Shown: positions 13,386-27,146 of the stretch, piece after piece
How the letters are laid out: each line of letters opens with the position of its first letter
How positions within the stretch are numbered: the stretch's first letter is position 1
NCBI GenBank assembly: GCA_965285935.1
Contig: OZ260662.1
Span: 52,514,001-52,578,000 of the forward strand
Length of the DNA stretch: 64,000 nt
Source of the DNA: Ophelia neglecta
Taxonomy: Eukaryota
Direction: 5' to 3'
Program-made: the position numbers and the translations under genes
Notes under the pieces: model-generated
What the model was told of the DNA's origin: nothing
The model's database searches: none
The model's input: the letters and a program-made list of their open reading frames with translations, nothing else

Positions 13386-14449
13386 CAACGACACAATCAC
13401 CAGACATCTGCATTTAAACTAACTGGACATTGAATGGGTAAATCAGATCATTCGGCGCTCTCTTTTGAAATTACATTTCCACAACCATAATAATATTGAT
13501 CGTTTTTATGGCGTGCGAGAGACTATGTATTTCTTAGTCCTCTCAGATTGCCGGTGAGCGGTATGTGCTACAAAGAGCGAAAGTTAACAAGGACAAGACA
13601 AGTTTTACCTAACGAGCAGCCACATTTATAACACGAGTTGTGTACGCATCTGATTGTGATCTGCCATTGTACCATAGAAGGGGATGGGGGTAATTCCAAT
13701 ATTATGGTCTATACGCCGGGGCCATGGGGTTGAGGTGGGGGGAATTTCCCCTGAGTGAGTATTTAAACTGGGCCCTTTTTACATCGTAAGAAAAAAGTCC
13801 TATACCATTTTTCCCTGCAAAAAAGTGGATCTGAAATTATTTTATTGCAAAAAGATGGTGTTCAGTCTATGTCGTGTGGCAAACGGGATTATTTAAACGT
13901 AATTTGGGTTGATATAACAACAATTATTTTGGTCAATTTGGATCAATATATGGTGATAATTTGAAATTAGTTCAGAGTTCCCAGGAATCGACATATTAGG
14001 GTAATGTGAATTCATTATTTGTTAGTGAGCCATTATTCCAGTCACTTGACCGGAAATTACCCGTTTATGATTTTTAAATGGTTTACCAGTTATTTATGGT
14101 TATTGGCCGAGCAGTCCCCCCCCCCTCCCCCCGCCATAATGTGACACACCTTCCCTAAACATATACACAAACTTGTCTTTGTCAGTGGGTCAAATGGTTC
14201 CATTTTTAATGCCATACGGACTTAAAATAAACATAATCTCATTCATGAGATTTCCATTTTGGATTAATGTGTATATTAATCTCTGCCAGTTGACTATGGG
14301 CATGCTCTGGGATATTAGTCTGTTATCTCATCTGACATAAAATCCTTAGATAAGTTTGCTCAATAAACAATTAAAGTTATGTTTCCGTTAAATATGTATG
14401 CATTTGGAAAAAAGCAACACTCAATGAGAAATGAAAAGTAGGTTGTTTA

Positions 14450-16320
14450 ATTACCTAGAGTAATCTTATTGTATTTAACAACAATCAAATGGCGCTATTG
14501 TTTATAAGAATACGACAACCCAAAGTATATGACAGCCATTTTGGATTCATTCAAAAAACAGTAACTGCTCTTTGGTGGCTGCTTGGCACCCGCCATAATT
14601 ATTAGTGATGTTCTAAGTATGAGGTACAAAAACCAAGATATTTTTTCTGTGATTTCACCAAAACAGGTTTCATCCGCCCCCCGCCCCCCGTCCCCCCTCT
14701 TGCTGTCGGATTATAAAACGCATGTTTTTTTTGGTATGGAATAAAGTATGCATTCAATTTCTTAGCTCTGATGTTATGTTGACCTAGTTGTTCGATTCGA
14801 ACCCTGATTAAAAGGAAATGAAATATCAAATGATGAAAAAGCATTCGGTAAGAGGGCTTTACCAAGCTTGACTGTTTAAACACGTGATTCTGATAAAGAA
14901 AAAAATATGGTGGCGACTTTTACCGGCTATTGTGTCAGCGTCTCGTGAAAATACTAGAACAAGATTGTTTTCTAGGTATAGCTGCTTTCAGTGTCAATAC
15001 AATCTCGTCATTTTTTACCTTCCGTCATAGTCTTGTTCCAGCCGCCATGCCTTCTTTCTACCGCTCTAGTATCTTTGTTTGTGAGTTTTCCCATTCAATC
15101 GGCATATTAATATAAGTATGGAAAAGGTATAATCAACTGAACGAGAAAGCGGTAATACATTTGACTACTAAACTTACCTAACACATCATAGCACATCTTA
15201 CAATTAAGCAACTTCCGGAACGGCTAAAATTAAGGCATTTTTGTATAGCAGACAAGGTACGTAGCACTCACAAAATAAAGAACACGCCATCAGAGTTTTG
15301 TGTGTGAACTTGAAGGGGGATAGGTATAGATGTGTTACTGTATAGATACTTTCAAAGGGAAAAGCACAAGGAGCGAGGAAGATGAGCACACCTAACCGCT
15401 GAGTGTGAGATGTCGACCACACTATCAATTAAATTTCGCCCACGTCCCAGATTAAGTACGAAATATAAAGCCACTGGCGTCAGTTAAGTTCCTTACTTCG
15501 GGCAGCTATTGTATGCTGACCAAAATGTAAAGGACAACCTGGTGGACGAATCACATCATCTCTATTTATTTTTTTCATGCTTGACACTTTCATAAAGCAA
15601 ATCGCAAATTATTTTCTCCAGGGTAGGTATTGGAGCCGCATCCCAGAAAAAATGTGTCTACATGCCAAATAAACTCATATAGACCAAATACACTTATGGA
15701 ATATTGCCTCTATTTAATCACTACGGCTCAGTCCTTTCCTGCCACGCTGTGAAGGGCACCATGTGGCAAGTAAAAAATCCAAGTACAAAGAATAATGCAC
15801 TAGCAGCGTGCCCCCCCCCCCCCCCAAAAAAAAAAATATACTGACTCGACCATCCATCATCAGATATCAGCTGATGATCATACCAATTCCGGTTGGCCTT
15901 TTCAAATCATATGGCTTTCATCTGCAAGGCAGTGGGTACGAAACTAAACTAACCTCGATAGCCTTTTGCGAACACGTCTTCGGCATAATAGGCCTACCAA
16001 CGTCAGTGGCGGATGCAGGATTTCAAGAAGGGAAGGGGGCAAATGTTCCAAGGCTGACAAGGCAAATGTCTGGGTTTTCCCCGTTACCAACCCTTTGTAA
16101 CCACTCTGTGGGTCCAGAAAGTTGGAATCCGCCACACTACTTATCGCGGAAGCTTTCACCCCAGTGTATCTCTCTATTTAGGGGGCCTAAATGCCTAATA
16201 GCGCTGTTGTTTATAAGCACAGAATTGTTCCAAACCATATACAGTATATGTCTCTCATCAGTCCAACATTCCACCAATAACTGCTGATTCTCCTTCACCC
16301 GTAAAGTATCAGTTGCCCGG
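14450..16320 (+). repeat. Large local repeat unit, copy 4 (most diverged)
   Basis: Retains ttctaccgctct, atgtgttactgta, ggagcgaggaagatgagcacacc, aattaaatttcgcccacgtcccaga and tatgtctctcatcag. Confidence 0.8.
16004..16136. mobile_element. Short MITE-like insertion in repeat copy 4
   Basis: Inverted ends gtggcggat...atccgccac; the segment is absent from the paralogous units. Confidence 0.5.
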
Positions 16321-19300
16321 TAATAATAAATAAATGCCCTTGGAACCCATCCAATCCGATTATAAGTCATGTCTGTATGGTGTGTTTAACGGTCGGCAAA
16401 AATAGCGTAAGCGAAAATCATGAAGAATGATTTAGAAAAATTATACAGGATGCTAAATAAGAACTAGCTTAATTCCTGTCAATGATAAAACAAAGCTAAA
16501 TGAAAACACATCACCATGCTTATAAATGATTATGTAAAATTGCCTAACATGAAATATGATGAATGTTTACATGCCGCACTTATCTAGAAACGCATTCTGA
16601 CGAAATTACCCTAATTGTCGACCACGGTTGCAATAGTTGCTGCCTTTTTACCACCTACTGCCCTATTTACTTGCCATTTCTTGGAAAAAGGGCACGAACT
16701 GTTTCCATATTTCAATAGCCAACTTGCCAATTGTTATAGGCAGAATTCAACAGCCTGTTAGCTTGTCAACTGGTATTGTTTGTTCAATAATTCAATAACT
16801 GTGAGTTTGTTTCTAGTGAATTGGGACATAGTTGATGGATTATTCCCGCTTACTTTTTTATTTATTCGGGTATCCAGGTCCTTCAACTTGCTGTAGAGCC
16901 TAATTGAAAACATACATTTTTTTTCTAACGCATAATTCGGTCTCCAATAGTATCTCCTCGATAGCAAAAACTTTTACAAAGTTAGCCTCTGAGTGGGATG
17001 TCGCATTTTCGTCAAAGTGAATAATGTTATATTAGATTTGCTTTCCACGGCACGATGGGTGTTCCTACATTTAATGTTTATATAAATAGGTTAGAGAAAC
17101 ACAAAAAACCAATGGAAATGCCCAATCCATTTACCAGATATATTAAACTAATGGACTTAATAAAAATGTGGGATCCAATTAGATGATTTTGTTCTGCATT
17201 CACAGCAGTAACAGGAAATATACGAGCATATGAAGAAGAGCCTAAAAGAGTGCTTGCCGTCCTGTATGGGTTAATTTAATACGAACAAAGAAACTCAAAA
17301 CATTGCAAAAGAGCAAAGATGTGTCCATTATATTATATAGGGGCGTTTCAAGTTTTCAAAATTCATTCTTTTTAATTTGTTTCCAATAATTTTGATAAAA
17401 GCAAAAAGAAATTAAACACATTGGTAATTAGTCCTAAATTTAAGTGATATTATTAGGGTTTCTAGAATTTCAAGACTTTTATATTTCTATCTTAATTGTA
17501 CCTATAGGTAATATTTTGTTAGATTTAAAAACAAAAAACGAATAAACTTCGTCATCGTGTGTATTGTGAAATATTTAAGTCGTTATTTGGTATACTCATT
17601 ACATACAGCGGATACTTCAGCTCGATCTTGGCCTCTAACTCAGTTCTATAAAACGACTTGAATAACATGGTGTAATGTCATAATGATGTCTGCTCCCATT
17701 ATGTTGCCGAGTTATTAAATTACCACACTTTGTTAGTTTCAGATCAACACATGGAGCGAACTTGTTTAATAGGGTCAAAAACAATACATTAACTTCGATT
17801 TTTAATATTGGCTACATGGAAGAGCTTTTGTGTGTGCTTTTCAAAAGCAACTCATCATTGAAAAGTACATTAATAAATGTTGCTGATATTTAATATCTAT
17901 GATGAGCACATTAGTAGCTAAGTGTAAACTCAGTTAAACGTTTTCATAAACAAGCTGTGTTAGTGTTAATACTCTTCTGAATATGTTGTCAAATAAATAT
18001 GGATCTTATCAGATTCGCTTACTAAAGTCATATATAACCGCAAATCATCATCCAAACAAAGATATTTCTCGCGGGAAAATGTAACTTTTAGACATTAAGA
18101 GGCTTTGGGACAGTCTACCATTGTGGAAAAGCATAACCGTGAATCTTAGAACATAGACAATTCAAGAGTAGCTTTTTATATAGCCAAATTTACAATATTC
18201 AAGACTTGATATAACAGTAAGAGACATGATATGGAAAAATCAGGACATATCTTGACTGGCAAACAGTGATGTAATCGACATAATAAAAAAACAGCATTTC
18301 TAATAAATCATTTATCTCTAAAAACAAACATTTCTTGAGTGTACCTTACACATGCATATAAGTCACCCCAATAGGAGAGCTTCATTTGATTTTGTATTAA
18401 CTTACAATACGTTACCATGGTAACCAGGAAAAAATAGGAATTGGACATAATCCAAAAAATAGTTTAAAAACAAGGCGAAATCAAATCTATGGACTTGTGG
18501 GACAAAGAGAAATGTACAGGTATGCTTGTAAGGATGGACTTAATTAAATTGCATGTGTCCATTATGGCTTGAGTCATGTTTCGCTTCCTTAATTTAGACT
18601 GACGTACATTTTTAAAAGACAAACTGTAATTGTACAGGGGAAATGGAAGCCCTGCATTACACATTAACATGAAATGTTATATACCGCGGTACATAGGCAC
18701 ACAGGCACACTAGAGCGCAGAATATGAGTAGTGGATTAAAGACAACTCTTTTTGGGGAATCAGATTCGAAAAATTTTGACTACGTCTCGGTTTTTACGTA
18801 TACAACGACTGCGTCTCGCTTTTTACTGCATCTGAATCACCAGACATCACGAGTAATCTCATATGCAGCAAAGCCTCTTTTGACTGGGTTTATAGCATGC
18901 ATTTGCATGCAGGGCAAGGGAAGCACTATACTATTAAATAATTACTAATTTTCTAGAGAAAATCTTGAGAGTGACTATCGTTAATACGGGAGCATAGCAC
19001 AATAATTTTCTATGTCGAAGCTACTATATAAGACAGTATTGTGGTTGCCGGCTACATTGAGAAAATCGGGATTGGATACCCGGCGGACAAAGCCAAATCA
19101 TAGCATAGAATTGAATAGGTCCATAATCATCAAACCAGCAGCCACAGCCCCACACACATCAGTAAATTAATCTCCAGCTCCCAATTTGTAAATGAACCAA
19201 TGCAATGTGTTCAATCTCGCTGTAAGTCCTTCATAGCCTTTCTCGCATAACATAGGATGCTTGTTTGCGTTAAGACCTTTTGTTCTCACGTGAGAGTACC

Positions 19301-22300
19301 CGTCAAAATCGAGGCTGCCAAAAACTGCGGATCTCTCAAGTCTTAAAGACTTGCCCACATCTATAGAAAATTACATGATTATTCATAGAATAGACTAACT
19401 TGTTTGGCTGTAGAATAGAAAAGTTCTTGCGTTTCGTGTCAAACTATATATATCTATTACATGATATAGAACAGATGTTTATTAACAAGTTGTTAATCGC
19501 TTGGCGGTGACGCGGAATCAACCTACTTCCTGCCGACTTTCTTTGTGGAACTATGCAATGCCCGATATTACCCGACTTCACTCTATAGACGCCAATAGAT
19601 CTCACGTGTATTACGGTTCACGTGTGTCAATAGCATATTCTCGATCATTTTATATCCTTTATTGTATTTAGAAAGAACTATGCAATAGGCAAATAAAATA
19701 TTAGTTTTTTTTTCCAGTCCTTCCTTAATAGGCGATATGAAATCATCCAACTATGGCATCCGCAAACAGAAGTATAGATCCAAAGCTAGTTTTAGTAGTT
19801 TTGAATCAGCTACATGTCTGAGGGCTCTTGCAAACAACTTCAATTACTGCAAACCTGTTGACTGCGGTTTATCAACATAGCATGTTATCGCAACGCAACA
19901 GGGAATGAATTTTACCTGAACAAGCTTCATCTTGCAATGTTTTTGCAATTTATATTGCAAATGGTATCATTCAATTAATTATTTTTGATTGTCTGCATGC
20001 CGGGTATCCACTTCATTTCTGATTCACAGATTCTGTGATTTTGTATCATTGTAGAATGCAAGTTGCCACAATAATATGTGTATATCATGCCTACCGATTC
20101 GAAATCAACGTAATAAGCTCGCAGGCAATCATTTAAGAAATATGTTTAAATGTCAAAATGCTCTTGGAAAGCATAAAAGTAGAGAAAATTGCTCATCTTG
20201 GCTTCGGCGCAATAAACTACCCTCACATGAAGTAACGAATAATTATTTCAGTGCATTCTGAAAATGGAATTGAATAAAGAGCCTGCAGAGTTTCTGGTAG
20301 CATAATGCATAGTTCATTTGTGTATGTGAACAGTTCATTATATGTTAAATCTATCAGTTATATAAAACTTACGTCGAACTGAATTGCTGTATTTTTTAAT
20401 TGGCCGACAAATGTGTAAGTCGTATTACAATGATGCAAATTATTCTAATGGTATCGACAATGTGCACAATGATTTCTTTACTAATCTGCTAGTATCAATC
20501 CCTTTTTGGGTTATATTTGGATTTTCCACTTTTTACATTTCTTCTTTGCGTTTTAGATTCTAATGAGTAAATGCTGTTTTTCCTCGTAGTAATTTAAATC
20601 ATGACTTTCAATACATTAAGTAAGAAGTATTTATCCTGGTAGTTGTATTAGGCAAACGATGAGTGTTGGAATGGATTAGGATTTATGGTGTTCAACGACA
20701 ATAAAGTATAAGCACCATGTGGGCCATTTTGTGTCTTGGGATTGGAAGTCATGACTACCCATACAATGTTGGTCTGCCTGGCAACACTCTAAAGACTTTT
20801 TCAGGCAAATATACTTTGATCGTGCTCAATGCAGCTTCTGGCAAATGAATCGCCTAATTTTGTGCAGGTGTGTATATGGAACCCTTGATCATTATAATAG
20901 GCGTTAGGTCAATAATGCTGTTTTTCTTGGCTGCAATGGTTACGATTATATCGGAGTACATCCCCTTTTTACAATCCTTACTAGAATGACATAGAGTCAA
21001 GATTATAATAGTAGCAATATAATTGTATTTGGTCATTATTTGACGTAACAAATATATATGTATGTATTATTGTCAATGGTGGTGTGTGTGCTATGATGGT
21101 ATATGGTATACAGTGGCATATGAAACTAGATTCTGCACCATTTCACTTCATATTCTCAGGAATGCCAACATGTTTCTCATTTACTAATCTATACAATCTA
21201 ATGGTAATGCTCTGGCACATTGAACATACGACCGTTATTCTCAAATGCATCTGTGTCAATATCTATCATAAATATGTTCTCACTAACTATAATTTGCCCG
21301 CTAGATCTAACCGTGGTAGGAATGGCATGATTATGTATATCTAATTTGCCAACTTGGGTCTATATCTCTGATTTATATCTATGACCATTACACACAATAC
21401 AAATTGGTTGCTACAACCCATTTCATGGCTTCTGTATAACTGGTCATTGGACACATCTGTAAATAAAACATTTCGCTCTGAAATGGGAATAGCATTAGCA
21501 GACTAAGTGGGTGATTAGCACGCACGTATACATCGACTTCTATCTTACTTCACATATTAATTTTGTTTATGATATAGTGCATTAAATGCACCTGTTGGAA
21601 TTACTTGTTGGATTTTGACAAAATTATTCTCATGGGCCTGCTTTGCAGACTGATCCCCTGTTATAAGGAAGAGTCTTGCATGTTCAGTTCTTGTTAATAT
21701 ATATCAGTTGATTTTATATTTTAATACACAGGGGCATTAAAATATCACGTTGACCCTTACAGTCATCGATCATCCAACGTAACTCGCCAATGTTTTGCTC
21801 CAATTATGACAATCTGGATTACCAAAAGCTTAAGTGCAAACTTTTGAAATTATGGACCTTTTGAACGAGGCCTAAAAATACAGTACACACTTTTATGAAC
21901 TAAGTAGTTTTTACTGCAATAAGAGGACATTGTCCATGTTTTGATAAGCGATACCCAATAACTACATGGAACAAGAGCAATTGGCAAAAGTGCAGAGCTG
22001 TACATGTTTCATATTTGCAGGACAACAACACCTATATGACAGATCCAATATAATGTATTATCGGTGATGACATGCTTTTAACCTTTTCGGTCGGGCATTT
22101 ATTCAGCATATTCCTTTGATAAAGTACTTGATTCTGTTATTAGATTCAAAACATTTAACTGTTGTTAGTCATTTTGAGATCGATTTGACCGTTGAAAGTA
22201 TCAGTTACGTCTGAAGGGGAATTCTTGTCATAAAATGCTACAGAGGAAATACAGCGCACTTTTTATCGCAACAGTTAAAAGCCTGTATAGGCTACTCTCC

Positions 22301-25300
22301 TCCAGCCCACATCCGCATGGCAATATGCTTCTGATAATGTCAAGCACCAGAAAGCTTTCTCCTTACTAGAGAAATTACAGCTTCTACATCCATACTGTTA
22401 TCGGCGTGACTTCTATACTGACAGTACCAGCAGACAATATCATTGTATGGGTGCACCTGTATTGGTAACAAATACACAAGTCGCTTAGTTCATATCATCA
22501 ATGTCCCAGTATTATCACTTAAATAAGTTGTTCAGACGACATTAGCGGATTTAAGGACGCTTTGCTAATTAGCTACTTTAAAAAGACAAGTAGGAGAACC
22601 GCCTTAAGATGGTTATTTTTTTTACCGATGCGTAACAGTCAGCTGCCCCGTTTAAGGCAACGCGTTACCTGCACGAATTTTGTTCAACCTTAACGAGATG
22701 ACCTTTTTTTGAGTACCCAAACTGAAGCTTCATTGGAAGAACATTTATTTTTCAAGGGGTTGGTTCATATCGCACCATTGAGGTTAAAACAAATTTATAT
22801 ATGTATTTGCAAGAATCACTCAGCTGCCATCTTATATGCCTATATTCGGCTTCCATTTCATATACTAAGGAACCGATACAGCGACAAATCTTCTTGGTCA
22901 CTTTTTCACAACTGTCAAGATGGTTACACTCACTCGATCCAATTTTTTTTCACCCAATATGATTCTAGTGTTGCCACTCTTCATTCAAAGTTCTATACAA
23001 CATGGAAGGCGCCCAAATATGGTTTTAAGTACTGTTTAGGTATACCCCAACTGGTTTGTTTTGTCATAGTTTCAATCTATATTGTGCAATTGCCAACGTG
23101 GCAAAGTGTTTTATTGGCGGCGAGAATCTGCCACCCAATAACAAATAACATCGCAATGACCGTAGCGTTATTGGGTGTGTTCGTTAAACCATGTTTGTCC
23201 TATTAAACACAACACGATCATAGATCGAGTTGTTCGTATCGCTGTTTACAGTACTGGTTATTGACAGAGCTGGAAGAACCGATCCGATGAAATGCATCAA
23301 TATTATCTTTTTTCTCCAATATACTGCTTTATGGTGCAAAATACTGGAAGGTATTCTAGGTAATGAAATAATAGTATGCTAGCAGCCTGTTTAAAGCGCA
23401 ATGATTTTAAACGTAGCGAGAGGACTTTAATTCTTAAAATCTCACGATAAATAATCAAATGCCTAAAACTAGTGTTCCATTATTCAGTACACTGATCCAT
23501 TAATCATTTTCCAATATGGTTCATTAATACGCCGAACTAGTATTACTGGTTAATTTGTTAAACCCAAAGTATTCACACGGCATTAGGTTCCATATGGAAA
23601 CACTTAACAACGCAATGACGAAGATGACAATGGTGGCTTACGGCAAAATCCATGCCATTTTATAACCTGTTGATGGAGCCCTGGGTGAGGGCCAGGTGTT
23701 TCCCTTTGAGTATAACGCAAGGCGAAACTGACATGTCATCGGAGCAAATAGTGTTTGTACTTGAATTTGATCAGAACAGAATCAGCCCGAGCAACAAAGA
23801 CAAACATGTTTCCAGCTTATCATCAGTTTGTTGAACTTTAACTTGAGCTTACATTAGTGCTAACAGGCAAAGTCAAATGGCCCGCAACAATAGTATCATA
23901 CAGTGTATACGGCACGTATTATATAATGCGTTAGTTGTTGTGTCATTCCGGATCACATCATGGCTGAGAAGTTAGGTTTGGAGGATGAACACATGTAGGC
24001 CTAATGCCTCAATTAACTCTCAGGCAATTACGAATAAATATTGTTGCTCGAGCTCCAGGAAAATAAGACTAGGCATAAGATAATGATCTCAATTCAGAAG
24101 GTTTAATTATAGCCAAGTGGACAATCAAACGGTAACGAGGCACACATTTCTGCGATGAAATATTATTGATAATGTTTATAAGTTGAGTTTGACATTAAAA
24201 TCCTGCACAATTATTAACACTTATAGATTGAATCCCAGGCTTCGCTTTGTGGTATATGTTCATTTGTTGAGATATATTCTAGTCATTAACTGTGTTTACT
24301 TAAATACCTCTGACGCTTTCAGCCCTTAAAAGGTGGAAAAAGCAACCATCTGTTTCAATTTCATAAAGCGATTCAAGTTCCGTTAATAATGTAAGTTGGC
24401 CCATAAATTTGAAAATTGAGCGTTTTTCCAATGACCATATCATGCTCGACTTAAAAGAAACCCGTCTTTCCCACTCCCTAAGCAAGTGTAGCGGAAACGA
24501 CCACATCACCTATATAGCAGGCGGGCCAATTATACAATTGAATTATTAGACAATTATTTGGCGCCGAAATGCAGAACCAGTAGACTATCGATCCTTCCTA
24601 AATATAAGGGCGACTTCTGGATCTGTTGGGTGAAAACCCGTATTATCAAGTACGCTGTTGCAATATAAGTGATCACTCGGCCGTTGTATGGCATTCGATC
24701 CGTTTCAGCCCTGCCACAAGCTATTTTTTTATTGACTACTGGCCATTTATCTTGTTGCTCACTGCTTATTGCTATTGGCGTAAACCATCCTGTCCATTTT
24801 TCAATGTTTTTTAAACAATGATACCACTTTTTTAGTTAACATCTAACTCTCGGTCTACGAATCGTTTTTAGAAGCTTAATTAAAACACCTTTACAAATCT
24901 AACTGGAATTGTTGATAGCATTCTTGTCATCGTTCAAGAAGGAACTGTTACTATTAGCATACTAACAGGTAATATTATTTATAATTTATATAATATGCAT
25001 TGCAAAATTTGGGCTTGGCACTTGGTATGATATAGCCCGATTTTTTTTTAATAAATGTAAGCAGTTTATAAATTAAAACCATAATTGAATCTTTATATGT
25101 TTAACATCGAGTTATGTTTTTACATACAAAATTTGGCAGACGGACGTATTGTTAAACAATAGACATCCACTTAGAGATATTTATAAAACAATCATGTATT
25201 TTAAGAAAACCCATATTGATGCCAACGTAACCAACAGCAGGCAGGTATTAATGTATATTAAGTAAACCTCATTCTAGTGTATGTAGAGCATACATTTGAA

Positions 25301-25953
25301 GACATCACGCCAAACGGTTTTTGCATTATAAGACATGTTTTATACATTTTTTTGTAATTATCCTGTAAATCACAAGTCGTATAACAACGACATTAAGGTA
25401 GATGCAAATAGGGAATATTAGCGGGAGCTTTACCATGTGTTAAACCCTGCTTGTTATGCCCTTGTTTAGTTTAATTGAGGTTTTTTTTTTATATATATTA
25501 TAGGAGTATTAGGAACTAATGGATTGTTTTAAAGTGAATCTTAATATTGATGCCCTTGTAACCCTCTAAACGCAAAGATATTGTAATAAAACAAAGGTTA
25601 CTGGGTGCTTATTGTGGCAGTTTTACGGGCGTTGGAACATCGCGAACTAGAATCCTATTAGGAGAGAGACGAGGTTGACATTATAGACACAATTGCGTCA
25701 GCGAGAAGCATTTCAAAGAGATGAGACATATATTTAATTTTTACCCTTTTTTTTAAAGTCGAGTCTGTAGAGAAAGGCAGGTTGCTTTGTAAAATTGCAG
25801 AGAGGACAGCAATTAATTGAGATCGCAAATCATATCACCATCATGGGAGCTCTTCATAAAGGAATACAACTGTTAGTTGTAATGCCAGAGTCCAGGGTGA
25901 GCTCTATGCTCTGTCAGGGTTAGTCGACCTCCATAGGACTAGGATCACAAGCT

Positions 25954-27146
25954 GTTACAGGGCTATTTTCCGAAGGGTCGTTTGTCCGAAGGGTCGTTAG
26001 TCCGAAGGGTCGATAGTCCGAAGTGATATCAATTAGTCCGAAGGGTCGATAGTCCGAGGTGATATAAATTGGTCCGAAGGATCGATGGTCCGAATGGTCG
26101 ACAGTCCGAAAAGGCATTAGTCCGAAATGATTCAGTAGATCAAACTGTATTGATATACGAATTTATTGGCTATCCTCCATATACAGGATGGTTAAGCTCT
26201 CACACAAGATGAACTGTTAGCTATAAAAATAGCATTAAGCAGAAGGTTTGTGAAAATGTACATCCGACAATTAAATATCTTTCAATGTATACTTAATGAT
26301 ACTTAAAAATCTCCATTAAATTTACACTTTTCAAATTTACTAGTTGCAAGTATAAAGCACAAATATTATAAGTAGGTGTATGGAAGTATAAACAGTAAGT
26401 TTCAGTAGCTCCAACTAAATAAAATATGTAAATATAGATATATAGATATATGTAAATAGTTAAAACAATAAATGTGACAATGCTATGGGCCCTATAGCAA
26501 GTGTATTATGTACATAGCGAACCTGCTTCAACATGTTAATATTTTTATGTATCATGGGTCAAAGGCCTTTTAGTAGTCAAAGAAATTTAGAATTATTAAC
26601 TATATTTAGCCCGAGGCCCATAGCCAGGGGGAGGTCCGCTGTTGATAACTCTTTCTGTGCATTCTGCAAGTTGTTGCAACTTTGCACAGAAACTGGGAAA
26701 ATTAACAGAGAAATAAAATGGTAAATTGATGCTAAAGTTCCCCAGATGGCATCTGTAGACATCTAAAATTTGAACATTTTTCGGGCGGGCATGCCCCCGG
26801 ACCCCCTGCCATGGGCAGGGCGCCTACTGCGCTTGCTGAAGAGCCCAGTTTAGCTTACAAAGAACCCCCCCCCCCTCAATATCCTGGCCACGGGCCTGAG
26901 CCCATACAAAACGGCAAATCTCCCTCACCAACCACAGCCAGGTTCTGCGTCTGTTCGGAACGCTAAAACAGCAAAACAAGGCGCCGTAGGCAGGTGAGCG
27001 AAATATCACCCTTACGGACCATCGACCCTTCGGACCAACGACCCTTCGGACCAATGGCCCTTCGTACCCAACGATCCTTCGGCCATCGAACCTTCGGACC
27101 AACGACCCTTCGGACCAACGACCCTTCGGAATATAGTACTGTTACC
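25954..27146. mobile_element. Foldback/MULE-like non-autonomous DNA transposon with long modular TIRs
   Basis: The left arm (25954-26150) is built from 15-bp units gtccgaagggtcgtt. The right arm (27010-27146) carries the inverted units aacgacccttcggac. Termini are gttacagggctattttccgaaggg and cccttcggaatatagtactgttac. The 9-mer tcacaagct occurs on both flanks (25945-25953, 27155-27163). No ORF. Confidence 0.8.
26613..26898. mobile_element. MITE nested in the foldback element
   Basis: TIRs gaggcccatagccagg and cctggccacgggcctg, flanked by the 5-bp direct repeat agccc (26608-26612, 26899-26903). Confidence 0.7.

Noticed and set aside
15808-16287. 159-aa ORF
   Set aside because: It runs through poly-C/poly-A tracts, a MITE and repeat copy 4, and the frame is not kept in paralogous copies.
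20640-22470. Scattered CUB/EGF/Ig-like peptide echoes on the + strand (GPFC, VNGGVC, TSILTV..YGC)
   Set aside because: Each needs assumed frameshifts and no consistent exon chain emerges; I cannot distinguish them from chance by eye.
22709-23206. 165-aa ORF
   Set aside because: TTG start, no recognisable domain, composition typical of random AT-rich DNA and no convincing splice sites.
24555-24580. tggcgccgaa resembling an LTR primer-binding site
   Set aside because: I found no paired LTRs or gag/pol remnants.
25960-27130. 15-bp repeats with short variable gaps, superficially CRISPR-like
   Set aside because: The units are contiguous, lack unique 30-40 nt spacers and form two inverted arms. 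There are no cas genes and the context is eukaryotic.
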